A DNA stretch of 64,000 bases from Chrysomallon squamiferum (taxonomy: Eukaryota > Animalia > Mollusca): the NCBI GenBank assembly GCA_012295275.1, contig CM022665.1, forward strand, positions 26,846,001 through 26,910,000. Direction: 5' to 3'. The translations under genes were made by a program, and so were the position numbers. A model generated the notes under the pieces. The model was not told the origin of the DNA, did not search any database, and saw only the letters and a program-made list of their open reading frames with translations. Shown piece by piece: positions 53,101 through 60,854 of the stretch (positions within the stretch are counted from its first letter, which is position 1; each line of letters begins with the position of its first letter).

Positions 53101-56100
53101 AAACAAATGAAATATATATATATAGATATATTTCTGTAATAGTATTATCAACAAAACTATTTACATAATAACTTACGAGAACAAAACAAAAAATGGAATG
53201 CAGTAGCCTATGACTTTATAATATTTAATACTTACCAAACTAAACTGCTTGACAAGCTCCATTTCCATTCCAATATAAGATGTTAATTCCTGTAGAAGGT
53301 ACTGGTAATATGCATCATCATGGAGCAATAGGTCTAAGTTTGGCCACTGCATCATCATCGTCCTTCTCTCCTCTTCTTCTTCCTCATCGTAGTTCAGGTG
53401 GATGTCATGTTTTGGTGGAGAATAGAAAACTTCCAGTTGTGGTTCTCGAAGCATAGGGATAACTTGGACTTGTGAAACAAAGTGAAAAAAATACAATTCC
53501 TTTAACCTTTAAAAATTTACAACTATTTTTTGTATTAAAAAAATATATATACTATTATTTCGTTTTAGACTTTATTATTAAATAAGTTTAAAAAAAAACA
53601 TTTATATTTTGAATTTAAAATTATTTCTGTATTTGATGTATTGAAAACTGTTACTGAAAACTCACCAATTGTATCTTCAAAATTCCCAACAATGTCAAAA
53701 ATTGTGTTCTTGAAAGAAGATTCAGATGGAGAAAGACTGACTGATGACTTGAACACTGGAGGCTTTGATCTATGAAATGTATTAATATTTAGCATTTTTT
53801 TCACAAAAGTAAAAGACATGTGTTACTGTTGCCAGTACTACTAGTAGCAGAAATAATAAAAGTAACAATAGTGATGATATAGATAACAGAAACTCTGATA
53901 GCTTAATGTTAGCAGGATATATGAATCAAACATTGATAATTTAGGATTATGTGAAACTCTTGGAAATTGAAGATGAAAAACTGTAAATGTCTGACTCACT
54001 CAATTTCTTTGTCTTCATAGGCAAATCTGTTTCTGGTTAAATCTTCATCAGATGATTCATAATCATAATCTGATTCACTACCAGCTTCACTCTCAGTTTC
54101 TGAAAAAACATCATAATTTACTACCATAAAAATGTTTAACGGCTGAAAAAAATCATACTCTGATTCACTACTATATTAATTTTTAATGACTGGATTAAAA
54201 ACAATAATACACTGATTTACTGCCATAATCCCTTTTAAAGTCTAGAAAAAACCCATCATACTCTGATTCATTACTACATTCGCTTTTAGTATCTGAAAAA
54301 AATCCCCCAAAACATACTTTGATTAACTACTATAATTACTTTTAAAGACTGAAATTTAATTACTTTTGATATCTGAAGAAAAAAACATTCTCTGATGCAC
54401 TAGCATAAACACTTTTAATGTCTAAAAACCCAACCATTCTCTAATCTACTATTACATTCACTTCTTGTGCCTGGAAAAAAACTAAAAATTCTTATTTGCT
54501 ACAGTATCCACGTATAGTATAGCAGTTCTTTGTAAATTGCACAGCTGTTACACTACATACCAGACATTGGCTTTTCATCTGGAAATTTTACAATCTTCTT
54601 CTTTGACAGCGTATCCACTGCTTCTACACTGAGAGATACTCTAGTTTTGGAAGAACGACCTGGTTCCATCCCAAATCCAGATTTTGAAAATCTTGTTATG
54701 CTCGATCGTCTACTAGGTCTCTGCTGATTTATGGTGAGAACCAGAGATAAATTGAATACTGGAGCAACAATTTCTTCAACATCCTCACGATGCTTAAGTT
54801 CATACAAGACCTAAAAAATCCAAAAACAATTCTGAGTAGTAATAACATTTAATATGTTTCAAAATGTATAAATTCTTTGTTTAACAACTTTTCATCATAA
54901 AATTGTACATACACTTAACCACATATACACACAACCACTAAATATCATACATCCTATGTTATTGTTCAAAATGAAGTCATTGACACTGATGTGTAAAAAA
55001 TTACAGAAAATTATTGATATGATTTATCCCATCCAAAATGAGATTATTTTTGTTACTTAGCATTGTTCAAATATGAAATAATTAAAATAGAACATAAATA
55101 TATAGACTTAAAAATGTATTACTCAACTAAAACATAGTAAGAAAAAATATTGTTTTTAAATCTTACTTCATCTATGTCTGGTGGTGCTGTTATTTCTTCT
55201 GGTTTATCAAAATCAAAATGTGGAATGACATACTGATTTACTGATAGTTTACGTTTGCTTTCCACTTTCTTGTATCTGACATGAGGACTGAAATATTTTA
55301 AAATAATAATAAAAAAATCTGTTTAATGTGTATTAACTGTATGCTGAAAATCTGATAAAAAAAAATCTGAAAATCTGGTATATAAAATTATATTACAAAA
55401 CTGTCTTTTTTAAAAGTATCTTTGTTGAAATTAATTTCCCAAAAATGAATGAAAAATAACACAAATAAAACTTTTTTATGATACATATATATTTCTACAA
55501 CAAAAAATATTCTTTGTTCACATCATTCCAGGCTTGTGACTAGAATTATAAAATTATTTCTTTCTGCCATATTCATATATAAATCTAGAAATGATACAAA
55601 AACCATGTTGTGAGCAAATAAATGACTAAATACAAATATTTTCAAATAATATTTAATAAATTATCAAATACAAATATTTAAAAATATTGCTGAATAGCAA
55701 ATACAATTATTTAAAAATGATACTAAATAAATTGACAATATAAATATATTCAAATAATAATAAATAAATTATAAAATACCTATATTTTAAATTAATCTTT
55801 AATAAGTTATCAAATACAAATATTTTAAAATACCATTTAAAAAATGCCTAAATGATTCTTACCAATATTGTTTATAAATCTGTGATTTATTAATAAATAT
55901 AAGTCAGCTAGCCAATTGAAAAATATGGTTGCATGGCTGCTGGACAAAAAAAAAAAAAATGGAAGAAAAAATATACTTCCATGTGATATTATTTAAAAAA
56001 ATGAAGGTGATTTTGAACTTTGCTATGGTTTAAAAGTTTGACAAAGTTTAGTAGAAATGACCTGTTATTTTGCCCACTGCATGAATCCTGCACAGTAATA

Positions 56101-56339
56101 TGGAATATACTATAAAGAAGCTATTTTACTGCAGATATTAGAAAACCATGTAGTGTGTAAATCAAGATTAAAAACAACATTAAAACTAACACTGACAATG
56201 TCCTTGAAGAGCCTCTTGACCCAGTGTTTGAAGATTCTGTGTCACTGTCCTAAAAAAAAAAGAAGGAAACAAAACAAACCAAAAAATTAATAATAATTAG
56301 AATAACAATACAGAAAACAACAACAGTAAAATAATAATG

Positions 56340-56381
<42 letters not shown>

Positions 56382-59300
56382 CACAACCTCCCACCTCCAA
56401 AAATTTAGATTTTTGTATATTCAAATAAAATTTATAACCAGCTCACATATTAAATCTTTATATACTTTTTCTATTTTCTAAAAAGTATATTAATCATGCT
56501 ATCACTATTGCATTTCTGATTGGCTCAACATGTGTCAAAGATGTGTCCTATAGCTATGAACTTTTTCAAAGCTCTATCCAAACTTTTTCCCCAGTTAAAT
56601 TTAATTAATAAGAGAAAGATAAGAGTAAATAAATAAAAATATAAATCTAAGATACAAACTGTAGCAATAAAGAAACTTTTCTGAAGCCCAGTAACTAAAT
56701 AATTTTTATAAAAATTTAAGTTTATTCATAACAGCAAAATAAACTCTGAGGTAAACACATTTTTTAAAAATATTTATCTACATACTATGTAGTTTAATTT
56801 TATTTACAAAAGCATAAGAAATTGAGATAACAAAAACAATAACAATAACCTTGCAAAAAGTTATGGCAATAATCAAACTTTTTCAAAGACTCTTCATAAA
56901 ATATATATATATATATTTTTTTTCAGTCTTAACTTAATTTACTACTGAAACAATATGAGCATAAGAACAAAAATATATAATAATAATAACAAAAATAAGT
57001 GAAACAAATCATACCAATAAATAAGTTTTTTAAAATCCCTTATTTGAAACTTATTTTTTCAAATTTATATTTAATTATACCATCAAGACTAAAGGTGATA
57101 ACAACTAATAATAAAATCTACATTAACTTAATTTTTCAGGCTAACATAAATAATAGTAAAACAGTGCTTCACACATAAGGGTATAACATACAAGGGTAAG
57201 ACACATACAAAGGTATGACACCCACAGGGATATGCCACAAACAAGGGTATGCCAGGGGTATACCACTCATAAGGGTATAACACACAGGGTATACCACAAG
57301 CAAAGGTTTGAAAAATAAGAGTATGATGAACATGAAGGTTTGACAGTAATAATTACTTTTATAAATAAGCTTTCATATTAATAATTAATAAACAACAATA
57401 ATAATTTTTATCAATCTGACTGATAGTTTTATTAGATTAATCATTACTAGTTTTTCAAACAACAGTGTCCAAAGTAAGATTCATCTTATAATAATTACTA
57501 AAATGTGTGAACGGTATGACACAAATAAGGAAGTGACATAAACAAAAATACAACACAGACAAGTGTATAACACACACAAAGGTATGATTCAGACACATGG
57601 GTATAACACATCCAAGAGTATGACAAGGATACAACACAATTTGAGTGTTACCTCATCAATGCTGCCCATGTTGTAGGATGCTACAAAGTGATCAAGAAGA
57701 TCATGCAGTGCTGTCACAACAAGATGTCTCAGCAAGTCCATCAGCAAGTAGTCAACTGATTTGAGAAAACATGTCAGTCTGGCCAGAATCTTCCTCCATT
57801 CAGCAATCTCAGCATATAGAGGTCTGTCTTCTAGAAAACATATGTAATTATTTGTTAACCCTTAGAACCCAAATGGCCTCTGTAGCAGCCAAATATACTG
57901 TACTAATATTCAGGCTGGCCCATAAAAAGGCCAAGCAGTGACTTAGAGAATTCTTTCAATTTTGTTTTTTAAAAACTGATCAGTCTTAAAAATGAAATAA
58001 ACTCCTATTAAAAAATTTGCATTTTGCCATAAGCATTACTGTCTTTATTTTATTTTACACTACAGAACATGTAAAAAGTCTATGCATACAGAAGGGTTAC
58101 AACATATGAAAATATTAAATGTGTTTATTATTCATTTTGTGGAGGGCAAAAATGATCAGAAAGATAAGCTGAAAAGAAACACTTACTGTTATGAAAATAG
58201 TGCAATAATAATAACAAATGTTTACATGTACTCAGATTATTTTATAAAGGATGTCCTTAAATGGCTGTCACAACACACACACATACAGATGTCATTTTGC
58301 AATTAGCTTAAAATTTGCCACATGACATTTACAGAATCTATTCAAACACAACATGAAGAGAAAATACTAACTCTTTGCATCTTTTCTCACATCAGTGATA
58401 GCTGCTAGTGTCTTGGGTTTTTTCAGTTTGTTGCGAGATACTGAACTGTTTTTATCTTCTGCAGGTTTTGGAACAATGATTTTCACCTTCTTGTCTCCAC
58501 GGATACCTTGTGTTATACCTTCCATTTCTGCCACAGTCTGAATGATAATATTACTAGTCATGATGCTGTGTTTATTATACATTACATAATATATTTAGTA
58601 TACATAACAAAATTTGAATGTAAATAATGTTAAAATAATGTAATAAATCCGAGTTCCTAAAAAGAATAAATATTTATGTAGTGAAATGTTTAAATAAAAC
58701 ATTTTTCATTTTTAAATCTCATGATACAGTACACAGCAAACATTTTAAAAATAATAATTGTGTTATTAACCAAAAAATCCAAAGGTACAAGATATTTATG
58801 TGACTTGCTTAACATTTTTGAATGAAAAGATATAACTGAAACTAGCTTTTAGAATATATTTTTAAAATTGGAATTTTTGGTTTTGGTTTTTCACTACTCA
58901 CTGCACATGATTCCCAGACAATTTCAATGACTTTATTTCGAAGAGCTTTAAGTTTTGTTAAAGCCAGTTCACACTGCACAATCTGAACTGCTCTGAAGTC
59001 TTCCAAATTGCTGGTTTTTGATCTGTCATGATTGAGCAGAGTAATGATGCTGCTGCTGTCGACGTCTTTGCCATATCCTTTAGCAGTTTCACACAGATGC
59101 TTTATGTGGTATAGACAGCCCTGCAGAACCTCATTAGCCACAAATAAAGATTTACATAGACCCGCTCTGCAAGTACAAATTATAAATTATGGTTGTTTCA
59201 AACTGTTGATTATTATATTTTTATTAATAAGAAGTAATATTAATATTATTACTATAGCTAATACTGTGAATATAGTTATTATTACTATAGCTGCTATACT

Positions 59301-60802
59301 GAATATACTTATTACTATTATAACTTGTACTATGAATATAGTTATTATTACTATAACTACTGCTATAAATATTATTATTATTACTAAACATCACTGCTAC
59401 ACTTTTTACTATCAGCACTGTTGATATTATAAGAACTATTTCTAATAATTAGCAATAATAATAAATTATTATTATTATAATAACTTCTATAAATATGATT
59501 ATTATTAGTAATTAACAAACAATAATATAATTTTTATCAGTCTGATTGATAGTTTTTATTAGATTAATGAATACTAGTATTTCAAATAACAGTGTCTAAA
59601 GTAAGATTCATCTTATAATAATTACTAAAATATATATAAAGTTTATATATTTTATTAAATACTTCTAACGATTTTACCAGAATATCAATAAATAAAAATA
59701 TATCAGCATAAAAAAATAATCATTCTTTAAATAAATATATCTTATTTTTAAGAATTATGAACAAACTGAATATTAAATGAGAAGCTTTCAATTAATTGTG
59801 TTAAAATTTTAATATATTTTCAGTTTCTGTAATGAATATTAATTAAAAGTTAAAACCAAATTACCGGCTAAGAGACGTTTTCTGATGTCTCACATTCTTT
59901 GCCCATGATTTGAAGGATTTACAAAGTCTGCAATTACAACAACAAAATATATATTGAAAGTCACAGAAATATTAATATTTATATAGAAAATAATTATTTC
60001 TTCTTCTTTGTTTGCCTGGATTTAATAATTATAATAATTATTTTACTACAATAAACAACAAGTTATGGTCAGAATACTTTATATTTTTCTCGTGAATTTA
60101 ATCATTACAGTTTTTTACTTAAATGAATAAAATAAATAATAAATTGTGATAAAAATACTTTATTTAAAATACATGTATGAATATTATTATTATGCATAAC
60201 ATGTACAGTTTACATAAATATATGCAACTGATTTCAGATATAATTCAATACAAAATATTAAAACATAATTACATTTAATTAATGAAAAAACCCTCAATAA
60301 TAATAGATTTATTCAAATAAAAGTTAAAAAAAAAAAGAAGACAAAATTACCGGAATCTGTAGAAAAAAGGTAGCCTGATAATCCGATAAAACAGGCGTCT
60401 CTCCCAAAGCCACCACAGAGCTGCAGTACTTGAAGATTCTTCCCGTCGATTGTCTCCTTGAGTCCACTAAATACATTATCAGTACTTATTATTTATTTCA
60501 AAGATTTCAAACATTATAAAAATAATAGGTTATAAATAGTAAAAAGAAAAAAAAAGAAAGAAGAAAAAAAAACTATCAAAAAACCCCCATCTGTGATTTC
60601 TTTTTCAAAAACTCTAGAAATAATAAAATTATATAAAGAAACAAGAAACAAAAAATAAAATTCTATTTGTTAAGGAGTAGTACAACCATTTATGAAGATG
60701 GTGATAACAACTGAAGTAAATTTTAAAAGTCAGTGGAAGTAAAAAATAACAGCCATTTAGAGACAAAACAGATTACCAAAACAACAGTGATGGACAAACA
60801 GT

Positions 60803-60854
<52 letters not shown>

